A stretch of DNA of 64,000 nucleotides, from the NCBI GenBank assembly GCA_030390025.1, contig CM059432.1:54748001-54812000 (forward strand), written 5' to 3'. This document shows, in pieces, positions 52,340 through 64,000 of the stretch. The position numbers and the translations under genes were made by a program. The notes under the pieces were generated by a model. The model searched no databases, was not told the DNA's origin, and saw only the letters and a program-made list of their open reading frames with translations. The number at the start of each line of letters is the position of its first letter. Position 1 is the first letter of the stretch. This stretch comes from Squalus acanthias. Lineage: Eukaryota.

Positions 52340-54693
52340 ATGGGGGCTGTACTGGCAGTCGACCTCGCCCTCCAGGATCTACGGCGGAGGGAGCGGAGGC
52401 AGCGAGAAAGACTGGAACATGTGGCCAGAGGGAGGAGGAGGACCATCAGGGCTCTCAACAGAAGGCCTTACCCTCCGGGGGTATTCCGAGAGCATGTCTC
52501 CTACCTCCAATTAAGCAAGGAGCAGTGTATTAGAAGGCTCTGCTTCACCAAGGAGGTGGCCACAGAACTCTGCCATGTCCTGCAACCAGACCTCCAGTCT
52601 CAGATCAGTGCAACCACGGCTCTCACAGTGGCATCCAAGGTCACCGTTGTGTAAGCATCGGAGCAGGCCCCAAGTATTTGTATGATTGTTACTGCTGTTC
52701 GACCAGCAGCCTGTTTGGCCCAGTGGTAGGGGCGTGGTGCAGTTGGACCTAGAAGCACAGACACACCTGTGAGTTTCAATTTAACTATGGAAAAGACATT
52801 TGCTTTGGACAATGAGCGTCTCGATAGGTGATTTAACTGTGAATAGGTGATTTAACTTTGGACAATGAGACTTCGTTTTTTAATGGGTTTCGATGGATCT
52901 TCAATTGGATAAGACCATGATGCCAGTTTCGCTGGAACAATGAACTTCCTGGCCTCAATGGTAAACACTTTAACCTTGGGCAAAACACATCAGCAGTAAG
53001 ACTAAATCAAATCAAATATGTACCACAGGGAGGGGGAGACAAGATAAGGAATTGTCTTCCATCCCCCAGCCCTGTACATGTCCTGTGGTTTGGATTACTG
53101 GGTGTGTATTGTAATACAAGAGTTGGGGGAAGGCCCAGACTCGAAAAGGCGGGAACCAGACAAAGAAGGGTGATTTAAAAGACATCACTGCAATACACAG
53201 ACCTGGAATTAACTTTTAGGGTATACAGAGAAGGCAGCTTTGGCCATTTTTTTTCTCTCTCTCTCTCGCTTGCTCTAAACCACCATGAGCAACAAGAGCC
53301 TTGCCTTGCTCTTTGACTGTAGGAACGAACCTTGAAACTGGGTCTTGGATACTGCATCGGCGATACGGAACCAGGAGACACGCTCTACACGAGGAAGCAA
53401 CGAGCAAGAAAACGGACAATCGGGGTGAGCATTGTCCAAGCCCACGCATCCTTAAGACCACCGGTACTGTGTGAGGGGGTGTTGTGTGTCCCAACCAAGC
53501 CAGAGGGGCTTAGTGGGGAGGTTCTGTGTGTATTATATAGTGTATGTTCCGGGGTTTGTGGGACAAGTCCATGTTATACTCTGTATAGCAACACAGTGTG
53601 ATTTTAGGCGTCTTAACACGAGACAGGGGCCTGTTTGACGGGCCAAGTTGTGTTGTTGTACTGTTTGTTTTACGCCACCAGGCAATTTACGTACTGGAGG
53701 CGGGTGTGTGTGTTAACCTTATTAAACGGTTGAGTCCGAAAAGCTTGTCTGTGTTTCCAATCCTGTTCACCGTAATTCCTGTCGTATAGAACTAAGTAGG
53801 GGGGGGGGTGATTCGAACCACCAAGGCAAACCACCTACAGTTGCCCTCAATTTCTTCGTCAGCGGATCCTTCCAGCCTGCAAATGGAGACATAGCTAACA
53901 TCTCGCAGTTTACCATCCATCGCTGCATCCGGGAGGTCACAGAGGCTCTCTACAGTAGGAGAAGGGATTACATTTCCTTAGCCATCACCAGAGAGAAGCA
54001 GGACGAGTATGCATGTGGCTTTGCCAGGATAACGGGATTCCCCATGGTGCAGGGCACCATTGACTGCACCCACATGGCTTTGCGGGCACCGCATAACAAT
54101 CCTGAGATCTTCCATAACCGCAAAGGCTACCACTCACTTAATGTGCAGTTGGTGTGCGACCACAGACAGCGAATCCTCAATGTCAATCCTGGCAGCAGCC
54201 ACGATGCCTTCATCCTGTGCCAGCACTCTTCCAGGCACCACGTCAAGCTCGCGGCTGGCTGCTCGGAGACAAAGGCTATCCGCTCTCCACCTGGCTCATG
54301 ACTCCCCTCCGCAACCCCAACACTCCTGCCCAGCACTCATATAATGAGAGCCATGCTGCCACCAGGAACATCATCGAGCAGACCATCAGCCTGCTGAAGC
54401 AACTGTTCCGCTGCCTTGACCGCTCAGGAGGAACCCTCCAGTACTCAGCTGAGCGGGTGTCCCATTTTGTCATGGTGTGCTGCATGCTCCACAACTTGGC
54501 CATCATGAGGGCCCAGCCCTTGCCACCAGGGATTGCGGGGCCACCTCAGGAGGAGGACAAGGGACAGGAGGACGAGGAGGAAGAGGAAGATGAGGGCAGC
54601 CACTCAATAGACCTTCCAAAAAGGCGGTCCGTGATCGCCTCATCAGAAATTTATCAAAAATCAGTGAACACATATTTACAGCGAAAATATTAA
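52340..54693 (+). pseudogene. Harbinger DDE transposase pseudogene interrupted by a solo LTR and a frameshift near 54222
   Basis: Rejoined frame ..[59 protein letters not shown]. Confidence 0.9.
52650..53839 (+). mobile_element. Solo LTR (1190 bp)
   Basis: TGTAAG...CCTACA termini; exact 4-bp TSD GTTG; ATTAAA at 53721; removal restores the transposase frame. Confidence 0.9.
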
Positions 54694-56600
54694 CTATTCA
54701 CCCTTGTACAATCCCTTAGTGCCTCTCGTTACTGTGTCTTTGCCTACTCTAGTGCTCCTACGAAGTGTTGGCCCAGTGGCTGCGGCAGGGCTGGTGGAAG
54801 GCTGCTGAGTGTCCATGCGGGAGACTTCAGATGGCCTTGTAGGATGCCCTCAACCAGCTCTAGGCCTGGAAGGCCCGGCTGTAGACTGCACCACCTCAGC
54901 ATGGGCAGCAGCAGTCTGGGCTCGCTGGATGTCAGGCAGCAACAAGGGCAATGGTGGCGTGGCAGTGGTGGGAGCAGGAATGCTGTCATCCTGAGAGAGG
55001 ACAGCAAGTTCCTGCTCCACTGACTCACTGCCACTCACCCGGGGCAGCACTTCAACATCCCTAGCAATCTGTTGGAGCAAAGATTGCTGGCCTGCTGTGA
55101 CACCGTGAAAGCCTCGGTCGATGGTGTTAGACCCAGCCACGATGGCAGCAGTCAGAGCTTGCGTGGCATCAAGCTGAGACTGCATGAGAGCTGTCTGAGA
55201 TTGGATGCCACCAAGCATAAACTGCATTACAGCACTAAGACGTTGCGTCGCTTTTGCCTATGCTGCAATGCAAGCTGCCAGATCGCCCATCACACGCAGC
55301 ATCAGGTCTGGGTCGCCACGGTCTCTCTGGGAGTCTACCATCCTTTGCAGACTGGAAATGATGGGCTCCATGGTGTGCGCAGAGCCTTGTGCAATGTTGG
55401 AGGCGGACTCCTCCATGCTCCTTACCATTGCCGAGAGGCTCTCGGGCACCCTTGCCGTTGCACCTATCATCTCCGTGTTCATGCCCATCACCTTTCTTCT
55501 AAACGCTTCCCCATCGAGGTCCTCATCTGAGTCCTGTGCAGCAGAACTCGCACGCAAACTCGCCTTCCGGGGAGCTGGCCCCCGAGCTACCCTTTCCCCC
55601 TGGCCTTGCTATAGCCCACTCGTCCCCGGTGCCTCACCCTGTGCACATCCCGCTCCTATACTAGCCCCTAAAGAACGCGTAGTGCCAGTATCTGAGCTGG
55701 TGCCAGCGGGTGAGACATGCAGTGACGCGGTGTGTTCTTCCTCCTCCTCTTCTCCCGCCTCGCTCTCTATGAAGCCCTTAGGGACAGGCTGCTCAGGTGT
55801 TTGCTGATTATCTGAAAGTGTAAAGGCACAAGAGTTGGGTTTAGGTGAGGGAAGGGGGGCAGGAAGGGAGAAATGCATGCATACAGCATGATTAGCTGGA
55901 AAGTGCAAAACGCTTGTGAAGTGAGGAGGAAGTGGGATGTGAGAAGAAGGAGTAGGGATGAACACACCGTTGTTATCCCCAAGGGGGTCAATGTCGCCGG
56001 TGGCCATGGCGCCCACCACCTGGCGCCCAATAATCTGCAGCACTCTATTTTCCAGCACAGACAGTGGTTGGCTGTCGGCTTGTCCCCCATCTGTGCGCTC
56101 CTGCTCCCTCCTGTTGTGAGCCACCTTGGCCTGCAAGAGAAAGGAAAGTGTGTGAGTGAGTGTGGAGCAATGTGTTTGGGTGATATGCCTGCCATAGTTG
56201 AAGAGCTGTCATTGTGTGCAAGGTGTGAGATGTAGGTGTGAATGTTGGTAGGCAGAGATTGTTGGTGGGTCAGTGCTGGAGGTGTGGTGCTTTGGGCAGT
56301 GTGTGAAGATTGTGGTTCAGATGGTGGTATGCAGCATTTGTTGAAGCATTCACTCACCCTGACCACCCGAGTGAGGTTGTTAAATTTCTTCCTGCACTGT
56401 GTGTGGGTCCTGGGGACCACAGTGCTGCCCCAGACCTGCTGGGCTACCTCCCTTCACATGGCTCAGTAGACATGCAGCGAGGGCCTCCTGCCACTTGCTG
56501 GGTAGAGCACTACGCTCCGTCTCTCCACAGCGAACGCCAACACCTCCAATGCTTGATTGCAGAATCTGCGGGTTCTCTCCCTGGGGCATGGATCTGCCAT
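54694..56600 (-). pseudogene. Harbinger Myb/SANT-like gene, 3 exons (56600-56358, 56130-55968, 55811-about 54694), with stops
   Basis: RTRRFCNQALEVL..REVAQQV..RTHTQCRKKFNNLTR followed by GTGAGT; exon 2 AKVAHNRREQERTDGG; GT-AG introns. Confidence 0.82.
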
Positions 56601-57627
56601 GAGTACAGCTGCTTCAGTCCTCCAGCTCCTTCTCCTTGTCCTGCTTCTGTTTGCTGAGGCAGCTGCACAGCCAGCAATGCGGAAAATTAGGTTCTGCAGC
56701 TTCAATGAACCGCCCCTTTAAGTACTGAAAAAAGCCTGTGGTAATCATGACTTGCGATTAGACTGCACCTGATATTGGTCCACCAATGGTAACGCCAATG
56801 AGCTCGGCTTTAAGACTTGAATTAGGACTCCAATCATTTTTTTGAGCAGTGAGCATGAATTTTGCATGCAATCTAAAGCATTAATGCCTGACGCTAATTC
56901 TCCAACTTTTCTACTGACACCGGCCATTCGTGGGCTATAATGAATTTCTAGCCCTTTGTCTTCACAAAAACTTTGTGGTGGTCACTCCTACCAATTCTAT
57001 CATGGACAGATGTATCTGCAACAGGTAGTTTGATGAAGACTATATACCACTGTTCCCCCGACATACCCAGGGATGGTGGTGGAGGAGTATCTAATGTTAA
57101 CTGATAGATACGACTCTGAGTACAACAACTCATGCTGCTACTTGACCAGTCTGTGAGACAATTCTCCCAACTTGGGCACCAGTGATGAGGAGGACTTTGC
57201 AGGCTCGGCTGGGCTGACATTGCTTCAGTCTTGTCCTAATATGGTGCCTGGGTTGCTGCCGATGGGTGTATCCAAATTTTCCCTTATTTTTGAACTTAAT
57301 AATGCTTGTTTACAATTAAGTGACCTGCTAGGCCACTTCAGAAGGCATTAAAAACCAACCATGCAGTGTTGGACTGGAGTCACATGCAGGCCTGATCAGG
57401 TAGAAATGTCAGGTTCCCTTCCCTGAAGGACATTAGTGAACCTGTTGGGTTTTTACACCATTTAAGTTTTCATGAATGTTTTTCTCTATTTTTCTGGTGC
57501 TATTACCAGACTTATTGAATTAAATTTCACAACTTGCCATGGTGGGATTTGAACTCACAACATACCAAGGTAAGCGTGCTACTATCTGAGCCAAGCCAAT
57601 ACACAGCATTTTGGGGGAGAGTTCGGG

Positions 57628-58339
57628 AGAAGGGAGAATGCTCCTCTTGCCACTGTGTAAAGTATATTCCCACTTCAAATTTCAGCTTTCCGATGAGTTG
57701 AATAGCTCACAATAACACCTGGTTAATTTTTTTCTGTTCTTCCATTTCTCTGTCCACTTCTTAGATGTATAGCAACATCTCAGCCTTAAGCGGATTCCAG
57801 GCCAGTAACCTCGCTGCCCCTAATTTCTGGCCTTTGTTCTAAATATGGTGTACTCGCCCATTTCTGAGATATTGCATTGTGTTCAAACTTGATTTGTATT
57901 ATTTTCTCAATATTCCTTCTGAGGATGTCCTAATATGCATTTTGGTTGTGAAGTTTATGTCTTCCTACAATTTATTCTTTTACCACGCTTAACATTCTGC
58001 ATAGTTGTGATAAAATAAGTCATTCCCCCTGAGGATTGCTTCTGTACTTCTAATATGGACACCTTGTGAGTCCACTGAGTCATTCTCAAAATACATCATT
58101 GCACTTCCCTGATGAACAAAGTAACTTCTGACCATGTAATAGTAGAAATTAATCCTCCATCATCAGACAGGATCAATCACCCAGTGGCTGAATTTACACT
58201 CACGCTGATGAGTCATCTGAAACAGCAATATTCCTGATCTGGACACTCTGTATTTCCCACATCGTTGTCTCTAAGGAAAGCAGAAAATTGAAGTGGGAAT
58301 ATACTTTACACAGTGGCAAAGAGGAGCATTCTCCCTTCT
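57628..58339. repeat. About 64-bp inverted repeat pair (57628-57691 / 58275-58339)
   Basis: AGAAGGGAGAATGCTCCTC.TTGCCACTGTGTAAAGTATATTCCCACTTCAA..TTC.GCTTTCC present on both strands with about 3 differences. Confidence 0.9.
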
Positions 58340-58697
58340 TAACATGCATCAGCCTCCATGAGTCATTGAGGCCCATAACTTTCCTCTTGATTTTTAGTAG
58401 AAAGTAAGCATGCACTCAAATCCTACAAGAGGCAGCAGCAAACTCACAATAAACCTGTTTTCTCTAACTCTCCCCCTATACAAACTCCAAGCTGTCCAAA
58501 ACTCCACTCCCCACATCCTGTCCTGCATGAAGTCTCGCTCACCCATCACTCCAATACTAGTGAATGAATATTTCCAGAGGAAGGCTAGAGGTGTAAGGAG
58601 CCCTGCAATACCTCTTGCACACTGATTGTGTGCTATTAAATTCACTGAGGGAGAGATGACTGTAAACTGAAAACATGCTTAGTTCAGTGTATCATTG

Positions 58698-59840
58698 GAA
58701 CATAAGAACATAAGAATTAGGAGCAGGAGTAGGCCATACGGCCCTTCAAGCCTGCTCCGCCATTCAATAAGATCATGGCTGATCTTCGACCTCAACTCCA
58801 CTTTCCCGCCCAATCTCCATATCCCTTGATTCCCCTAGAGTCCAAAAATCTATTTATCTCAGCTTTGAATATACTCAACGACTCAGCATCCACAGCCCTT
58901 TGTGGTAGAGAATTCCAAAGATTCACAACCCTCTGAGTAAAGAAATTCCTCCTCATCTCAGTCTTAAATGGCTGACCCCTTATCCTGAGACTATGCCCCT
59001 AGTTCTAGGCTCTCCAGCCAGGGGAAACAACCTCTCAGCATCTATCCTGTCAATCCCCCTCAGAATCTTATATGTTTTAATGAAATCACCTCTCATTCTT
59101 CTAAACTCGAGAGAGTATAGGCCCAATCTACTCAATCTCTCCTCATAAGACAACCCTTTCATCCCAGGAATCAATCTAGTGAACCTTCGTTGCACCGTCT
59201 CGAAGGCAAGTATGTCCTTCCTCAGATAAAGGGACCAAAACTGTGCACAGTACTCCAGGTGTGGTCTCACCAAAGCCCTGTACAATTGCAGTAAGACTTC
59301 CTTACTCTTGTACTCCAACCTCCTTACAATAAAGACCAACATTTGCCTTCCTAATTGCTTGCTGTACCTGCATGCTAATTTTATGCGTTTCCTGCATGAG
59401 GACACCTAAATCCCTCTCAACACCAACATTTAATAGTTACTCACCATTCAAAAAATATTCTGTTTTTCTATTCTTCCTACCAAAGTGAATAACCTCACAT
59501 TTCCCCACATTATACTCTATCTGCCACCTTATTGGCCATTCACTTAACCTGTCTATATCCCTTTGCAGGCTCTTTGTGTCCTCCTCACAGCTTACTTTCC
59601 CACCTAGCTTTGTATCGTCAGCAAACTTGGATACATTGCACTCGGTCCCTTCATCTAAGTCATTAATATAGATTGAAAGTAGCTGTGGCCCAAGCACTGA
59701 TCCTTGCCGCACCCCACTAGTTACAGCCTGCCAACCGGAAAATGGCCCGTTTATTCCTACTCTCTGTTTTCTGTTCGTTGACCAATCCTTTATCCATGCT
59801 AATATATTACCCCCAACCCCATGAGCCCTTATCTTGCGTA
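58698..59840 (-). mobile_element. 5'-truncated CR1
   Basis: [16 protein letters not shown] (59437..59712), RPHLEYC (58980..59405), 3' UTR and tail. Confidence 0.92.
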
Positions 59841-59844
59841 GGTA

Positions 59845-60450
59845 AGGTGGGACTGGCTCCTTTTACCTTGGCAGACCTGGTAAGGTTGCAAATCTTTTTG
59901 CAAAACAACACAGCAGTATCTGTTGACACTTATTTCCCTGATTGGCTCCCCACCATTGCTGCTGCATTGCTGTCCTTGCTGCATGTCATCACAGAGGTCC
60001 AAATAAGGACCCCCCACTTCCCCCCCCCCCCACCCCCCCCCACCCCCCGCTGCTCTGTCCAACTTCAGTTAGAACCACTTCCATTGTCTCATCTGCAAAT
60101 CTAGAATGGCTCTTAATTGTTCTCCCAGATTTTCAGACATTTTCTTTTCAAGAGCTGCTGGAAATTTCAGATTTTGTTATGCCGCCCCTTTATAAGCTGC
60201 TGAAATTCTTTAAACCCTGCAGCAGCATACAAGTTTATGGCCCCACCACAGCGAGCTCTCAATGTCTGGCACTCCTAGCACTGGGAGCTCCTAAATTAAC
60301 TGACCCCTAGAAACTCTGGGGCCGGGGAGGGGGGTTTGGCCACCTGTCCGCCCTAACTTTGGTGTTTACGCCCTTTTTCCGGGCTTTCCCCAGCTTTTCC
60401 ACCACAGTTACAGCAAACGAGCAGGATAACCCCTGCATAAATTCATGCCC
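59845..60450 (-). mobile_element. Possible old Harbinger left-end fragment
   Basis: C.VLQKDLQP remnant like LCHVLQPDLQS at 52570; TIR-like AAATTCATGCCC. Confidence 0.35.
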
Positions 60451-60639
60451 ACAGTATCCTCATTCTACTGGATAGAATCATTTTGCTCCTCTCTACCAAT
60501 TCGAGTCTCTTCCACTTCATGCAGGCATTGCTCCACCTCTTGCTTGTATTATTGCTCCTTTACATCAGCCTCCAACTCTAATTTGCACTGCAGCTTTCCA
60601 GCTCTTTATATAGCATTATATAGATCTGACGGGAGATAG

Positions 60640-61023
60640 GAGATGGGCAGCAGTGTTTTAGGTCAGCTGAAATTTAGGAAGGGTGGAAGGTTGTAAGCTG
60701 ACCAAGAGAGCATTGGAATTGTTGAGTCTGGAAGTGAAAAGACATGTTTGAAGGTTTCAGTGGCAGGTGGCCTGAGGTAGAGGTGGAGGCAGGAAATATT
60801 ACGGAGGTGGACGTAAGCGGTCTTTATGATAGAGAGGATATGAGGTTGGAAGCTCAGCTCCGAACGGATAGGACACGAAGGTTGCAAACGGTTTGGTGCA
60901 GCCTCAGACATTGGCCGCAAGTTCTGTGTTGGTGTCAAATTTTTTGTCTTATAACACTCCTGTGAAGCGCCTTGGGACATTTTACTACGTTAAAGGCGCT
61001 ATATAAATACAAGTTGTTGTTGT
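60640..61023. mobile_element. Two L2 fragments in opposite orientation (60640-60915 minus; 60920-61023 plus with (TTG)n tail)
   Basis: ELSFQPHILSIIKTAYVHLRNI motif; L2 3' end. Confidence 0.75.
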
Positions 61024-62802
61024 TGTATGTCTGAGTTAGGGAATGGATGTTCTTACTTAAAAGTTTATGTTATTCCACAAGATAATAGGGTTCAAAGGCA
61101 TTTATTGGCTTTCTTGGGAATTAAGCACGCAATGATAACTATTATTATTAATAATTACACATGTACTTAGGGCCACACTTACGATACAAGACCCGACAAT
61201 TCACCGCATCACAGGTTTCGAGCTCAAAGGTTAACGCTGGCCAAGTCTTATCGAATTCTGAAGAATCTTTACTGACACCCCTCTTTTTACAGTTTTTTCT
61301 TCTAGTGCAGGTTATCAAAGGATGATCCTAGCCCAATTGCTAGACGGACGGTTCGAATCGCCCCCGCCTTACGAAAGTTCTATACCCGGGAATTATTATT
61401 CAGAGTGTAAATGAAATATGTCACGGACAGGAATGCTTCGGTGAAGAATCGTACTTATATTTATTTGGTCTAACATACACCGGCTAAAACATGCACTAAC
61501 GAAATCACTGTCTCTGTGGAGAATAAGATCCAGGTTACAAACAACATACATACAGTACACAACTGGGGACTATAACAAGCAGTAATTCCCTTGTTGCTAT
61601 GGTGGACTCTAATTCCACCCCTACCAATGAATTACCCAGTCACATAAGCCCCTTCGCCTGGCTGAACCAAACGAAGCTTCCACCCAAAAAGACTTCACTT
61701 CTGAGAAAATATCCGGCTTGGGACACTCGAGACCATGCTTACCACCACACACAGTCGGTCTCGATCGCTCCGCTCAGCGGCTTCTTCCTCTGGTACTTTT
61801 TCTTGTTAGGTCGATCTTGGTGGAGCGAGAGCGAGCGAGAGAGAGAATGGTGGGAAAGGATCTATCTTTATAGGAGTCTTGCTACCCCTATCTTTTCCGC
61901 CAATCTTTAAAATCCTTTTGTTTCTAAGCACTCCAGTGCTTTAGTCAGTGATGGGTCATCCTCAGACCCATGAGTATTCCGTGATTGGACTAATGGCCCT
62001 AAGTCTGGGACATATTTCGGTCTTTGTGTTGGGAAAAACTGGCTCCTCTTCGGTTGGCTAGGCTAGTGGGTTCATTGTTCTGCTTCTCTTATGAGATGGA
62101 AGTGAGAAGTGCTTTTGCATATTAGAGTGGCTTTCTAATAGGTTCAAGTTCAACGGGTGCCTCAGGGTCCTCAGCCCCTTCGTCAATGGCCCCCCCCCTT
62201 CCTTTTTCCAGGACTGTCGGGCGAACCCATACATTCTGGATGACTGACAGTTCTTTTGTCACAGCCAACTGCCATGCGTTCTCTGGAGTTTTAACAAACC
62301 AGTTTTTCATGTTCTGCACAGGGCGATCCCATCACAGGGAAAATACCCTCAGAAAAATCCCATAAAGTCCACAAAATATTCTCGACTGAGTCCATTCTTC
62401 AAACAAAGACTTTGCGATCTCTTCACCTCCTATACACCTTATCATGGCTTTCTCTTGACTGAATTGTCAATCAAATCATTCAACTGAAGACAATTACAGC
62501 GGCCCAATGCTTTAGTTATCACTTGACCAAATTCCTCAACAATACTCTCAGAGGAGTTGGCCATCCTAGCTCTCGAATGGATGCCACTATTAGCCTGTCA
62601 ACTATCTCACAGCTGCACAACTTATGAAGCTGATACAGCCGTCTCATCTAACAAAGGAAGTCTTATCGGCTAAAACACTGTCCTTGCTTTTCATTTCCAG
62701 TGAAATTAAACTGACATTTCCCACCTTCCAACAGAAACTCAGTTAACAGGCAAAAACCAGAAATTAAAGAAATTAATATAAAATAAATCATTATTTCTTA
62801 CA
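61024..62802 (-). mobile_element. Probable long solo LTR (about 1.8 kb; left boundary uncertain)
   Basis: Right end TTCTTACA, candidate left end TGTATG; minus-strand TATAAAAG (about 61870) then AATAAA (about 61460); shares a downstream block with the LTR at 52650; no TSD seen. Confidence 0.6.
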
Positions 62803-62909
62803 ACCTGGGCCTGCAGGTGGTGGTGCCGAACATACTGTCAGTGTTTGTTTAAACCTGCAGGTGGTGGTGCTGAGCTCCCTTTCAGCATTTGCTAGCTGTT
62901 ATTGTAAAT

Positions 62910-63580
62910 GGTTCCCTCTCCTTAGGTACTGTCCCCCTTCCGTTTAAATCTGCCGTAATCTGTCTTGATCAGCTTGCAACCTTCCACAGCTTCATAAGCT
63001 TCAGCTGACCTAAAACACTGCTGCCCATATCCTATCTCTCATCAGGTCCCACTCACCCATCACCTCTGTCGTCACTGGCCTACATTGGGTCCCAATCCCC
63101 CTCCTAAAAAACCCAGCCTCAACCCCCCTCTGTCCTTGCAACCTACCACCCCATCTCCAACCTCCCTTTCCTCTCCAAAGTCCTTGAACGTATTTTGCCT
63201 CCCAAATCCATGCCCACCTTTCCTGCAATTCCACGTTTGAACCCTTCCAATCAGGTTTCAGCCCCTGCCACAGCATTGAAACGGCCCTAATCAAAGTCAC
63301 AAGTGACATCCTCTGTGACTGTGACCGTAGTGCACTATCCCTCCTCATCCTTCTCGACCTGTCTGCAACCTTTAACACAGTTGACCACACCATCCACCTC
63401 CAACGCCTCTACTCCATTGTCCGCTTAGTGGGACTGCACTCACCTGGTTGCATTCTTATCTATCCGGTCGTAGCCTGCAATGGGTTCTCTTTCCGCTCCC
63501 GCACCATTATCTCTGGAGTCCCCCAAGGATCTATTTCAATTTCTCATGCTGCCCCTCGGTGACATTATTTGAAGTCACAG
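62910..63580 (+). mobile_element. L2 RT fragments
   Basis: SNLPFLSKVLE, QSGFSPCHSIETALIKV, LLDLSATFNTVDH, SGVPQGS. Confidence 0.8.
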
Positions 63581-63625
63581 AGGTATGGGATCATAGTGGT
63601 TGTGTTACTGAACTAGTAATCCAGA

Positions 63626-64000
63626 GGACCCCTCCCTCTGGCCTCTTACCCTCTCTAGATCTTTTCATTGCAAACTGCCGGCGTGACATCGGCCGTCTTA
63701 TTTCTCTGCCCCCCTCACTCACTCCAACCTATCTTCCTCTGAACTTGCAGCACTCCATTCTCTCAGATCCAACCCCAACATTGTCATTAAACCTGCTGAC
63801 AAGGGTAGTGCTGTTGCTGTTTGGCGAACCAACCTCTACTTAACGGAGGCTGAACGCCAACTCTCCGACACCTCCTCCTACCTCCGCCTGGAACATGACC
63901 TCACTACCGAACATCAAGCCACCGTTTCCAAGACCGTCACTGACCTCATCTCCTCTGGAGATCTTCCCTCCACGGCTGCCAACCTCATAGTTCCCCAACC
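63626..64000 (+). mobile_element. Penelope-like RT upstream region, runs off the window
   Basis: LRSNPNIVIKPADKGSAVAVW..Y..EAERQLSD..SY motif. Confidence 0.82.

Larger units (their letters stand above)
51830..56954 (+). mobile_element. Second-family PIF/Harbinger transposon, near full length, carrying a solo LTR
   Basis: Ends GGGGGAAAAATCC / GAATTTCTAGCCC; TSD TTT; host LINE contiguous once removed; convergent two-gene layout. Confidence 0.9.
51600..57560 (-). mobile_element. Decayed 5' portion of a family-B LINE (51600-51829 and 56955-57560) hosting a Harbinger
   Basis: Reverse complement aligns to 30275-31380, including the B box and the SINE-like core. Confidence 0.75.

Noticed and set aside
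61348..61370. tRNA primer-binding site next to an LTR
   Set aside because: No CCA-complementary TGG start, and the homologous motif lies inside the TSD-bounded LTR at 53773-53822
62810..62892. CRISPR-like or satellite array (CCTGCAGGTGGTGGTGC twice)
   Set aside because: Only two units, eukaryotic context; a simple local duplication

Overview
Eukaryotic, repeat-dense DNA, most likely from a cartilaginous fish (shark/ray), judged from HE1-type V-SINE, SacSINE1/Deu-type SINE and LF-SINE-like copies. I found no supportable host protein-coding exon, RNA gene or CRISPR array. The ORFs I could identify all come from decayed transposable elements. Contents: (i) CR1 LINE copies of different ages; (ii) L2 fragments; (iii) Penelope-like fragments, one with a hammerhead-type core; (iv) two near-complete and several deleted PIF/Harbinger transposons (DDE transposase converging on a 3-exon Myb/SANT gene) plus related MITEs, mostly with AAT/ATT/TTT-type 3-bp TSDs; (v) three probable solo LTRs; (vi) deep nesting of elements. 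Best candidate for something unusual: a 3.1-kb single-ORF APE-RT LINE (30206-33291) whose 5' end is a tRNA-derived, SINE-like head with A/B boxes and a duplicated anticodon arm. Its sense strand has no TTTT run, consistent with a Pol III-transcribed autonomous retrotransposon. Two otherwise dissimilar LTRs also share a covarying hairpin with a palindromic loop. Family names come from recognition of motifs, not from database searches.
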